In this document: in pieces, positions 1 to 8,467 of the stretch
Numbering within the stretch: position 1 is the first letter of the stretch
Layout of the letters: every line of letters begins with the position of its first letter
Source: Promethearchaeota archaeon
GTDB lineage: Archaea > Asgardarchaeota > Odinarchaeia > Odinarchaeales > JBHLKK01
Direction of reading: 5' to 3'
Assembly: GCA_048939465.1 (NCBI GenBank)
Contig: JBHLPL010000020.1
Span: 6,534 to 22,868 of the forward strand
Length of the DNA stretch: 16,335 nt
Notes under the pieces: model-generated
The model's database searches: none
Told to the model about the DNA's origin: nothing
Seen by the model: only the letters and a program-made list of their open reading frames with translations
Made by a program: the position numbers and the translations under genes

Positions 1-24
1 TTTTACTAATCGGAGGAGGAAAGC

Positions 25-345
25 ATGTCATCAAAGAAAAAGAGTAAAACAGCTACACCAAAGAAGGCAAAGACGAAGAAAAGGCTTGGCAAAAAACCAA
101 GCTCCTCTGAAAAAGAAATTGAAAGAATAGTCCGTGATGTGGCAATTCCCGACGAATTGAGAAAAACTATGACAAAAGAAATTCCCAAAATGAAGGTAAT
201 AACTCCAAATCAGGTTGCTGTGAAGTATAATCTGAGGATTGGCATCGCAAAGGACGTACTGGAGGAGCTGGAGAAAAGCGGTCGCATAACTCAGGTCCTT
301 AGAAATAGAAGAATTTCCCTATACGTGGCAAAAGCGGGCGGTTGA
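25..345 (+). CDS. rps25e: 30S ribosomal protein S25e (eS25)
   Basis: 106 aa with a Lys-rich N-terminus and the core KEIPKMKVITPNQVAVKYNLRIGIAKDVLEELEKSGRI, matching the eS25 winged-helix pattern. GGAGGAGG RBS at 12-19. Confidence 0.9.
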   Translation: MSSKKKSKTATPKKAKTKKRLGKKPSSSEKEIERIVRDVAIPDELRKTMTKEIPKMKVITPNQVAVKYNLRIGIAKDVLEELEKSGRITQVLRNRRISLYVAKAGG

Positions 346-355
346 GAGAAAAACG

Positions 356-1540
356 ATGCAAAAAGCTGAGAAAAAGGTTCTGCAAAATATAGAACCTAAG
401 CGAGTTTTAAGCATCTTGCAGCAAATCGTCTCCAAACCTTCTGTAAATCCCCCAGGAGACGAAATATTGGTTGCAGAATTCATTAAGGATTTTTTGAATG
501 AAATCGGTCTTGAGCCGAGGTATCAATGGGTATTACCAAATCGCCCGAATATCTTGGCCAAAATCGGAGGCGTGGAATCCGGCCCTAATTTGCTATTTCT
601 CGGACATACGGACGTAGTTCCGGTGGAGAATCCTGGTGCGTGGAAGTTTGACCCTTGGGGCGGACATATCGAGGGAGGAAGGTTATACGGACGTGGATCT
701 TCAGATATGAAAGGAGGAATTGCAGCCTTCTTGGGAGCTATGGAAGCAATTGAAATGAGTGATATCCGACTTAGGGGTAATGCTTTCTTTGCAGGGGTTA
801 TCGACGAAGAAGTCTCTGGCAAAGGCACCATATACCTCATAGATAGCGGATTTATCAAACAGATTGACGGTGTCATAGTTGGCGAACCATCATTAATGAA
901 AGCTGAGGTGGCGCATAGAGGCACCTGCTGGCTGAGAGCACGCACCCATGGTGTACCTGCTCATGGAAGCCTGCCTCATAAGGGAGTTAACGCAATTCAC
1001 AAAATGTGCAAATTCCTAAAAGCGCTCTTAAAAGTGGAATTCAGGTTTGAGTCTCATGATCTTCTCCCGGATCCTTCCATAAATGTCGGAAAGATATCCG
1101 GCGGTATAAAAATTAACATTGTTCCATCAATATGCGAAGCCTTGATTGATATAAGGATTGTTCCTGACATGAAACGCGAAGATGTGACTGTCCCAATTCA
1201 GAACCTCATCAATGAGTTAAAAGAAGAGGATCCAGAATTCGAAGCGGAGATCGAGGTCACGCAATTCAGAAAACCATTCCAAATAGATAGAACGGAACCT
1301 ATAGTGCAGACCATATTAGTCTCCGCAGAAAAGGTTCTCAACAAAAAGATCGAACTCAGTGGATTTCCTGCCTACACAGACGCCGGGTTTATACATAATG
1401 TGGCTAAGAAGCCAGCTGTGGTATTTGGGCCCGGGGAACAAGCACATACTGATAATGAGAGCATTATAACAAAAAATGTTGTGGATGCTGCGAGAATATA
1501 TGCTATGGCCATTCTGGATTTCTGTGGCACAAGTATCTAG
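356..1540 (+). CDS. M20 family metallo-amidohydrolase (ArgE/DapE-like deacylase); substrate not assignable
   Basis: All M20A metal-site motifs present: GHTDVVP, GRGSSDMKGG, DEE, GEPS, and the C-terminal AH (GPGEQAHTDNE). Dimerisation-domain motif GVPAHGSLPHKGVNAI. Confidence 0.9.
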   Translation: MQKAEKKVLQNIEPKRVLSILQQIVSKPSVNPPGDEILVAEFIKDFLNEIGLEPRYQWVLPNRPNILAKIGGVESGPNLLFLGHTDVVPVENPGAWKFDPWGGHIEGGRLYGRGSSDMKGGIAAFLGAMEAIEMSDIRLRGNAFFAGVIDEEVSGKGTIYLIDSGFIKQIDGVIVGEPSLMKAEVAHRGTCWLRARTHGVPAHGSLPHKGVNAIHKMCKFLKALLKVEFRFESHDLLPDPSINVGKISGGIKINIVPSICEALIDIRIVPDMKREDVTVPIQNLINELKEEDPEFEAEIEVTQFRKPFQIDRTEPIVQTILVSAEKVLNKKIELSGFPAYTDAGFIHNVAKKPAVVFGPGEQAHTDNESIITKNVVDAARIYAMAILDFCGTSI

Positions 1541-1727
1541 ACATTCTTACCTTGGTAACAGTTTGGAATTCCGCTCACGATCAATTCCCGATCCATATTC
1601 TATCTGATTCAGTGAAGAAGATGGGATTTAGCAAACACGACAATAATGATTTCGTTCTTTGATTTTGGCATCTTCTATGGGAAGAAGCTGTTCTTCGAAG
1701 TCTTGTCATCTTAACATGAATGTGTCA

Positions 1728-1759
1728 ATTTACATAAACATGTAAATAAATTTTATATA
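1728..1759 (+). promoter_or_regulatory. Putative pur operon promoter: TATA box TTTTATATA (1751-1759) preceded by a perfect inverted repeat ATTTACAT-N4-ATGTAAAT (1728-1747)
   Basis: Archaeal TATA consensus ~60 nt upstream of the purC ATG. The palindrome lies at and just upstream of the expected BRE position. Confidence 0.55.
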
Positions 1760-1817
1760 CTTTTACGGATATTTCAGAGACACAGGGAAGCAAAATCTCT
1801 GGGAGGAGGATTGCTGA

Positions 1818-2573
1818 ATGATTGACACCCACACTTCCCTGGGTAATCCTATCAGGGAAGGAAAAACCAAGATTGTGTATGAGTCAGATAATCCAGATGA
1901 GGTCGTTCTAAAATTCAAGAATGACATAACCGCGTTAGATGGAGAGAAACATGATATAATAAGAGGAAAGGGATACATTAACGCTTTCATATCTGCAAAG
2001 CTTTTTGAGCTGCTTGAATCGGCGGGGTTACCCACTCATTACAAGGCCTACGTAAGCCCGAATCTCATGGTGGCAAGAAAGGTGGAGATGTTACCGGTAG
2101 AGGTAGTATGTCGGAATATTGCAGCAGGCCATCTGCTCAAGCGCCTGCCTATAGCTGAAGGAACCAGACTGAAGATCCCAATCGTGGAATTCTTCTATAA
2201 GTCTGACGAACTCCATGACCCGATGTTGAATGACTATCACATGCAACTTCTCGGTCTGGCTAACACAAAGGAGATACGAGAGATGGAAAAGATTACTCTG
2301 AACGTCAATAAGGTTCTGAAAGAGTTTATGAAGGGGCGAGGACTATCCCTTGTCGATTTCAAAATAGAGTTTGGACGGGATAGGGGCGGTAAGCTTCTTG
2401 TTGGCGATGAAATCAATGCTGACTCAATGAGGGTATGGAAGGAATCTGGAGAAATCTTAGATAAAGACGTTTATCGAAAAGGAGGTACACAAAAACAAGT
2501 CCTTCAGACTTACGTCTCATATTTCAAGAAGATAATAGGTGAAGAACCGAATCCGGAGGCTTTGAAGAGTTGA
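1818..2573 (+). CDS. purC: Phosphoribosylaminoimidazole-succinocarboxamide (SAICAR) synthase
   Basis: EGKTKIVY, PVEVVCRN, DFKIEFG, GDEI and LDKDVYR motifs. GGAGGAGG RBS at 1802-1809. Confidence 0.96.
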   Translation: MIDTHTSLGNPIREGKTKIVYESDNPDEVVLKFKNDITALDGEKHDIIRGKGYINAFISAKLFELLESAGLPTHYKAYVSPNLMVARKVEMLPVEVVCRNIAAGHLLKRLPIAEGTRLKIPIVEFFYKSDELHDPMLNDYHMQLLGLANTKEIREMEKITLNVNKVLKEFMKGRGLSLVDFKIEFGRDRGGKLLVGDEINADSMRVWKESGEILDKDVYRKGGTQKQVLQTYVSYFKKIIGEEPNPEALKS

Positions 2574-2836
2574 GAGAATACGTGGTCGAAATAGTTATTG
2601 AGAATAAGCCCGCTGCAAAGGATCCTGAAGGTGCAACAATTCAAAATGATCTAATGAAAAAGAATGCCTACGACATGGTAACCTCGGTTAGAACAGGAAA
2701 GCTTTTGCGAATAAAGCTTCAAGCAAGCAGCGAACAAGAGGCTAAGGATATAGTCTTTCGAATGTGTAATGAGCTTCGACTGTATAATCCGGTAGCTCAC
2801 ACTCATTCCATCGCGCTAAAAGGTGCTGAGTCGTGA
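2570..2836 (+). CDS. purS: Phosphoribosylformylglycinamidine synthase subunit PurS
   Basis: 88 aa with DPEG, VRTGK and LYNPV motifs. TTG start overlaps the purC stop (TTGA). Lies directly upstream of purQ. Confidence 0.93.
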   Translation: MREYVVEIVIENKPAAKDPEGATIQNDLMKKNAYDMVTSVRTGKLLRIKLQASSEQEAKDIVFRMCNELRLYNPVAHTHSIALKGAES

Positions 2837-3531
2837 AGGTCGCAATAATCCAATTTCCCGGGTCAAACTGTGACTATGACGCATTGCACGTTTTGAGGGA
2901 TGTCATGTCTCTTGATGCGCACTTAATTTGGCATAAAGACTTCAAAGATTCGGGTTATGATGTAGTACTACTGCCTGGGGGTTTCTCATACGGCGATCAC
3001 CTCAGAGCGGGAGTGATAGCGGCGTACAGTCCTGCTATGAAAATCGTTAAAGACATGGCAGAAGAAGGCAAACCCATACTCGGTATTTGTAACGGCTTTC
3101 AGATCCTTGTCGAATCAGGTCTGCTTCCTGGAGCTCTTCTTCAGAACGCGTGCTTAACATTTGTGTGCAAATGGGTGATTCTGAAAACAATGACTAGTAG
3201 AACCCCTTTCACAAAGGGAGTGGAAAAGGGAGCCATACTTCGCGTACCCATTGCTCACAATGAAGGAAGATACTTCAACGAGGGAGAATCGCTGAAAGAT
3301 ATGTATGAAAATGACCAAATAGTATTCAAATATGTTGATGAAGCGGGGAAAACCACTGAAGATGCTAATCCGAATGGTGCCCTCGAGAATATCGCTGGAG
3401 TCTGCAATCTAGAAGGAAATGTGGTCGGAATGATGCCTCATCCCGAGCGCTCATCAGAGGCAATTCTCAGCCCGTATGAGACTGAGGATGGAAGGCTGAT
3501 TTTTGAATCTATGATACGTCATCTGGAGTGA
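2833..3531 (+). CDS. purQ: Phosphoribosylformylglycinamidine synthase subunit PurQ (glutaminase)
   Basis: [22 protein letters not shown] (catalytic Cys), IAHNEGRY and MMPHPER (His/Glu) motifs. GTG start in a GTGA overlap. Confidence 0.97.
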   Translation: MKVAIIQFPGSNCDYDALHVLRDVMSLDAHLIWHKDFKDSGYDVVLLPGGFSYGDHLRAGVIAAYSPAMKIVKDMAEEGKPILGICNGFQILVESGLLPGALLQNACLTFVCKWVILKTMTSRTPFTKGVEKGAILRVPIAHNEGRYFNEGESLKDMYENDQIVFKYVDEAGKTTEDANPNGALENIAGVCNLEGNVVGMMPHPERSSEAILSPYETEDGRLIFESMIRHLE

Positions 3532-5768
3532 TGATTACAATGCCTATGATTGACGGAGCAGAAGTCGATCTAACTCTTGAGGAGATTGAAAAAGTAAGAA
3601 AGATGTTGGGTAGACTGCCAAACGAAGTTGAAGCAGGAATGATTGATGTGATGTGGTCTGAACACTGTTCTTACAAGAGTTCAAGACCAATACTTAAGCT
3701 GCTTCCGAAGACCGGACCTGGAGTGGTGGTAGGTCCTGGACAGGATGCAGGAGTTATTGAAATTGGAGACGGGTATGCAGTAGTCTTCAAGATTGAGTCA
3801 CACAATCACCCTTCCGCAATCGAACCCTATAATGGCGCTGCAACCGGCATCGGAGGAATAATTCGAGATATTCTTTGCATGGGAGCACGGCCTATAGGTC
3901 TTCTGGATCCCCTAAGATTCGGCGATCCAACCAAATCTCATTCAAAATGGTTACTGGAGTACGTTGTTAAAGGGATTGCAGATTATGGGAACTGCACAGG
4001 TATTCCCACAATTGCAGGTGAAGTTGAATTTGATTATAGCTTCGAACAGAATTGCCTTGTAAATGTGGGCTGCGTGGGAATCGTAAAAACGGAGGGCATT
4101 ACTCCCAGTGAAGCGAGGGTACCTGGGGACACGCTAATACTTATGGGCGGCTCAACCGGGAGGGACGGCATCCATGGTGTAACCTTTGCGTCCCGTGTTC
4201 TAACTGAAGAATCAGAAGAAGACCGTCCTGCTGTACAGATAGGTGACCCTTTCACCAAGAAACTGATTATCGAGGCCACCTTGGAAGCGATAAGGACTGG
4301 GTATGTCCGTGGTCTGAAGGATTTAGGAGGAGGGGGATTTACTTGCGCCACTTCCGAAATGAGTGGAAGCTGCAATAACGGAGTTGACATCTCGCTTGAG
4401 AGTATTCACTTGAGAGAACCTAATATGGTACCTTTCGAAATCATGATCTCTGAATCCCAGGAGAGAATGCTTTTTGTGGTGAAACCCGAAGGGGTGGATG
4501 CTGTGACTCAGGTCTTTGAGAAGTTTGAACTTCCATATCGCATTGTTGGAAAAGTGACAGAAACAGGCATGGTTCGAGTGTATAAGGAGGGTAAACTTGT
4601 TGCTCAAGTTCCTGCGAAGATGCTTGAGGAACCCCCAACAATAGAAAGGGAGGCAATTAAACCTGATTACGTCGATAAACTCCTGAGCGTCGCCCAGCCA
4701 CCAACGCCGGATGACCTCGAGCAGGTCATTTACAAGTTACTGGCTTCTCCGAATATTGCAAGTATGGCATGGATTTACAGACAGTATGATCATGAAGTCG
4801 GAGACAGGACTATCGTGAAACCCGGCCAAGCAGATGCAGCTGTTCTAAGGCTGCTTGAGACTGACAAGTCAATAGCCATAAAATCCGACTGCAATTCAAA
4901 GCATTGCTATCTGGATCCTTACAATGGAGGAGCAGAAGCTGTTTATGAAGCGTGCAGAAACGTTGTTGCAGCCGGTGCCAGACCGATTGCGATGTCAAAT
5001 TGCTGCAATTTCGGAAATCCGGAAAGCCCTGAAATATTCTGGCAATTTCGAGAGGCAGTCCGTGGAATGGCGGATGCCTTGAAGACGCTGGGAATTCCGT
5101 GTGTAGGAGGAAATGTAAGCTTCTACAATGAAGACAAAGCTACAGGAAAGGCCGTTAAGCCAGCTCCGGTTGTTGTAATAGTTGGACTGATTGAAAGGCC
5201 TGACTGGGTAACAACCATGCCCTTCAAGAATCCGGATGAAGATATTCTGATTGTCGGAAGAACATACCGTGAGCTTGGAGGTTCAGAGTATTATCAAGCA
5301 ATTCACAACCTTGAAGGTGGAATTCCTCCCAAGGTAGATCTGAAGAATGAACGAGATATGCTTGTTGCAGTTCAAGATACTATAAGAAAAGGCTATGTTG
5401 CTGCTGCCCATGACTGCTCCAAAGGCGGCTTGGCGATTGCAGTTGCAGAGATGTGCATGGAAAGCGGATATGGGGCTGAGATAGATCTCGCGCTGGCCCC
5501 CTCGGAAGACCTTCGTGTCGATGAGCTACTGTTCTCGGAGAGTAATGGACGATTCATTCTTTCTGCAAAGAAGGATGTATCTACCAAGATCCTGTCACTG
5601 ATGCGAAATCGCGGTATTTCGGCTGAGCGAATAGGCAGCGTAACCTCTTCAAATGAGATGGTGTTCAATAAGGGGCAACATAGGATCATTTGCTCTATTC
5701 CCAAAATGCAAAAGGAATGGAGAGAGGCGATACCTAAGCTTATGGGGGTTGATAAGTGGATAAACTAA
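3528..5768 (+). CDS. purL: Phosphoribosylformylglycinamidine synthase subunit PurL (small type)
   Basis: MWSEHCSYKSS, ESHNHPS, DLGGGG, SESQERM, QYDHEVG, NFGNPE and GGNVSFYNE motifs. Start is GTG 3528 or ATG 3531. Confidence 0.97.
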   Translation: MMITMPMIDGAEVDLTLEEIEKVRKMLGRLPNEVEAGMIDVMWSEHCSYKSSRPILKLLPKTGPGVVVGPGQDAGVIEIGDGYAVVFKIESHNHPSAIEPYNGAATGIGGIIRDILCMGARPIGLLDPLRFGDPTKSHSKWLLEYVVKGIADYGNCTGIPTIAGEVEFDYSFEQNCLVNVGCVGIVKTEGITPSEARVPGDTLILMGGSTGRDGIHGVTFASRVLTEESEEDRPAVQIGDPFTKKLIIEATLEAIRTGYVRGLKDLGGGGFTCATSEMSGSCNNGVDISLESIHLREPNMVPFEIMISESQERMLFVVKPEGVDAVTQVFEKFELPYRIVGKVTETGMVRVYKEGKLVAQVPAKMLEEPPTIEREAIKPDYVDKLLSVAQPPTPDDLEQVIYKLLASPNIASMAWIYRQYDHEVGDRTIVKPGQADAAVLRLLETDKSIAIKSDCNSKHCYLDPYNGGAEAVYEACRNVVAAGARPIAMSNCCNFGNPESPEIFWQFREAVRGMADALKTLGIPCVGGNVSFYNEDKATGKAVKPAPVVVIVGLIERPDWVTTMPFKNPDEDILIVGRTYRELGGSEYYQAIHNLEGGIPPKVDLKNERDMLVAVQDTIRKGYVAAAHDCSKGGLAIAVAEMCMESGYGAEIDLALAPSEDLRVDELLFSESNGRFILSAKKDVSTKILSLMRNRGISAERIGSVTSSNEMVFNKGQHRIICSIPKMQKEWREAIPKLMGVDKWIN

Positions 5769-7207
5769 AAGAATCCTGTGGAGTATTTGGAGTATTCTCT
5801 TCCGATACTGATTATCAGGTAAGTCATCTAATATTCGACGGCCTTCTAATTCTCCAGCATCGGGGGCAAGAATCAGCAGGCATAAGCATCTATGACGGAA
5901 ACGGAATTGGTTCCCACAAAAGAATGGGAACGGTAAATGAAGTATTTCCGCTCAAGGTGCTCTCCAATCTATTTGGCTATTCAGGTATTGGACATGTAAG
6001 ATACTCAACCTCGGGGGGGAGCATGATCGATAATGCCCAGCCGTATTGCTTAAGCCTTCCCCATACTGAATTCTCATTTGCATTCAACGGGACTATTACC
6101 AATTATGATGCCCTGAAAAATTCATTAGGGCACAAAGGACACCGCTTTACAACAGATGTGGATACGGAGGTCATAGGACGTCTGATTGCAACAAATCTCT
6201 TGCGCTCCGGAGGAGATTACGTAGAAGCAATCAAAAGAACCATGTATATGCTGGAAGGTGCATATTCGCTCATTTTGCTGAATAGCAGCGGTCAAATCAT
6301 AGCCGTAAGGGACCCCCTCGGATTCAGGCCTCTATGTATTGGCAAACTAAATGATACAATTCATATGGTCAGTTCTGAGAGCGTTGTATTTGATATTCTG
6401 GATGCCGAATTCGTGAGAGACGTAAGGCCGGGTGAAATAGTGGTAATCGACAGATCCGGATTAGAATCTCGTCAATTGGCGAACCTCAGTGCGCATGCTC
6501 ATTGCATGTTTGAGTATGTGTACTTCTCCCGTCCGGATTCGGTTTTGGATGGCGTCCCCGTCCACAGAGCTAGAACAAGACTCGGGAGAATCCTGGCAGA
6601 AATACATCCCGTTGAAGCTGATATCGTGGTTCCTGTACCCGATTCGGGAAGAAGTGCTGCAATAGGTTTTTCACAGGCTTCCGGAATCCCGCTGTGCGAA
6701 GGATTAATAAAGAACAGATCGATATGGAGGACTTTCATCATGCCGTACCCGGAACTCCGAAAGAGGCTGGTTAGGCTCAAGCTGAATCCGGTTAGAACTG
6801 CAATCGAAGGAAAGCGGGTAGTTCTTGTTGATGATAGCATCGTTCGGAGCACCACGTCAAGGCGGATTGTGAGTGTTCTGAAGAAGGTTGGGGCACAGGA
6901 GGTCCATCTAAGGATCAGCTGCCCGCCGTTGATTGCTCCATGCCATATGGGAATCGATTTCCCCAGCTATGATGAGCTCGTTGCAGCAAACAAGACCGTT
7001 CCTGAAATCTGCGAGGATATAGGTGCAGACAGTCTCGGTTATATGACAATAGAAGGGTTAATCGAAGCTATAGGCTTGCCGAAAAGCGAATTATGCCTGG
7101 CTTGCTTGACTGATAAATATCCAACAGCCAGGCTTCAAGAACTTCTGAACACAGTACAAGAATCAGAAGAATCTGAAGAATTTCAGGTTATCGATACTGT
7201 GAAATGA
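5756..7207 (+). CDS. purF: Amidophosphoribosyltransferase (Fe-S, propeptide type)
   Basis: Short propeptide then catalytic CG (KLKESCGVFG); LQHRGQES, GHVRYST, PVPDSG and VDDSIVR motifs. Four Cys at the [4Fe-4S] ligand positions (CMFEYVY, PCHMGID, LCLAC). GTG start, 13-nt overlap with purL. Confidence 0.96.
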   Translation: MDKLKESCGVFGVFSSDTDYQVSHLIFDGLLILQHRGQESAGISIYDGNGIGSHKRMGTVNEVFPLKVLSNLFGYSGIGHVRYSTSGGSMIDNAQPYCLSLPHTEFSFAFNGTITNYDALKNSLGHKGHRFTTDVDTEVIGRLIATNLLRSGGDYVEAIKRTMYMLEGAYSLILLNSSGQIIAVRDPLGFRPLCIGKLNDTIHMVSSESVVFDILDAEFVRDVRPGEIVVIDRSGLESRQLANLSAHAHCMFEYVYFSRPDSVLDGVPVHRARTRLGRILAEIHPVEADIVVPVPDSGRSAAIGFSQASGIPLCEGLIKNRSIWRTFIMPYPELRKRLVRLKLNPVRTAIEGKRVVLVDDSIVRSTTSRRIVSVLKKVGAQEVHLRISCPPLIAPCHMGIDFPSYDELVAANKTVPEICEDIGADSLGYMTIEGLIEAIGLPKSELCLACLTDKYPTARLQELLNTVQESEESEEFQVIDTVK

Positions 7208-7366
7208 TGAACACTATATATTGATGAGGATAAGACCAGACTGCTTGCGGATTACGTTTATAACGAAATGCTTAACTATTCTAGTCTGTATGTCAGAATC
7301 TTGAGAAATTGAAGAAGGATCTTGGTTGAATTTAGAGTGGATTTCTTTCGAAAGGAGGTCAGGAAA

Positions 7367-8467
7367 CTGATTACGGAAGCAGGAAAGTTGTGCGTCTTTG
7401 ACTTGGAGGGACCACTAAGCGCAGTCGATTTTGCGGCTGAGATGTGTAGAGTTCTTGGCGAAAGACTCGGTCGGACAGACTTTGATCTGCTCTTTAAGAT
7501 GATAAGTACGTATGATGATGCCGTTGTCGAGAATCCACGGATTCTCAAGAAGATAGGAATAGAAGACTATGAACCCGGGGATTCACTCCGTCTTCTCGCT
7601 CCCTTGTATATCTACTATTTTACGGATCAAGAACTGAAAGAACTCTCGAAGGAGAACATAGGATTGGTTCCCGGTGCAGCTGATACGGTAAGGTACCTAA
7701 AGCAAAACAGGTGGCCAATCTACGTAATCTCAACAAGCTATGAGCAGCATGCTTTCAATGTCGCCGATGCCTTGAAAATACCTCGGAAGAACGTTTTCTG
7801 CACTTCCTTTCCGATAGCTGGGCTTAAAAAGCAGTCTGAGGGCTTGGCCGAATCGCTAGGAGTATTGATAGATGATATACTGGAGAAATTCAAAAAAGAT
7901 GGATTTGATTCTGTATTGGAACGGCTGAATTCTTTCTTTTGGGAAAAAACCAGCAATCCTTATTCTAGATTGATGAACCAGATAACGGTTAAGGGTGGAA
8001 GACGAAAAGCCATAAGCCTGGAACAAGCCTGTTCTGAGTCCCGTTGTCTACACCTAAATGTCATTGCAGTTGGAGATAGCATTACTGATAAGAATATGCT
8101 CTCAGTAGTCAAGGAGAGCGAAGGAGTTGCCATATCCTTCAACGGAAACAAGTATTCTGTTCCTAATTCTAATGTAGCGGTAACTTCTCCGAATCTCATG
8201 GGAGTAAGCGTAATTGCTGACAAGTATCCTAGTGTGTGGAGCACAATAGAAAAATGGAGTGAGGACTTCCCCGCGTTCAGAGATGCTCCGGACCTAATTC
8301 CTGACGAACTCTTATCAAGGGAACTGAAAGCGTACTTCGTTAAGCACGCCTTTGTTCCGCAGGTGGATGACCTTCGCGAATTGTCACCAGAGCAGAGATT
8401 CAGGGTAATTCAGGATCAACAAAGAATGAGAGAAAGAATCCGCGGGTGGGTAGGCGAGCTCGGATGA
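7367..8467 (+). CDS. HAD-superfamily phosphohydrolase of the archaeal EhaR/AF1437-like type, function unknown
   Basis: HAD motifs DLEGP (I, DxE variant), ISTSY (II), GGRRK (III) and VGDSITD (IV). The family-typical DDA, YEPGDSLRLLAP, FNGNKYS and C-terminal RMRERIRGWVGELG segments are recognised from memory. Start uncertain: TTG 7322, GTG 7337, CTG 7367 (best RBS) or TTG 7388. Confidence 0.8.
   Translation: MITEAGKLCVFDLEGPLSAVDFAAEMCRVLGERLGRTDFDLLFKMISTYDDAVVENPRILKKIGIEDYEPGDSLRLLAPLYIYYFTDQELKELSKENIGLVPGAADTVRYLKQNRWPIYVISTSYEQHAFNVADALKIPRKNVFCTSFPIAGLKKQSEGLAESLGVLIDDILEKFKKDGFDSVLERLNSFFWEKTSNPYSRLMNQITVKGGRRKAISLEQACSESRCLHLNVIAVGDSITDKNMLSVVKESEGVAISFNGNKYSVPNSNVAVTSPNLMGVSVIADKYPSVWSTIEKWSEDFPAFRDAPDLIPDELLSRELKAYFVKHAFVPQVDDLRELSPEQRFRVIQDQQRMRERIRGWVGELG

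Noticed and set aside
1581-1709. Minus-strand 42-aa ORF (MTRLRRTASS...) and an overlapping 25-codon startless frame ending ...PIEDAKIKERNHYCRVC with a CxxC, loosely like a Zn-binding domain tail
   Set aside because: The ORF has no RBS or recognisable features. The CxxC frame has no start codon and is bounded by stops. Both are too short to separate from chance.
1681-1801. Small hairpins GAAGAA-GCTG-TTCTTC (1681-1696) and CAGAGA...TCTCTG (1775-1801); a purine or ZTP riboswitch upstream of purC was considered
   Set aside because: The stems are only 6 bp, no riboswitch consensus is visible, and the predicted leader downstream of the TATA box is only ~35 nt.
7159-7181. 9-nt near-tandem repeat encoding the acidic PurF tail (ESEESEE)
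   Set aside because: This is a low-complexity C-terminal tail with fewer than three copies and no evidence of function.
7367-8467. Reading the HAD protein as a hydrogenase subunit, following the 'EhaR' label I recall for this family
   Set aside because: There are no NiFe-hydrogenase, Fe-S or membrane-subunit genes in the window, and the protein has phosphohydrolase motifs.
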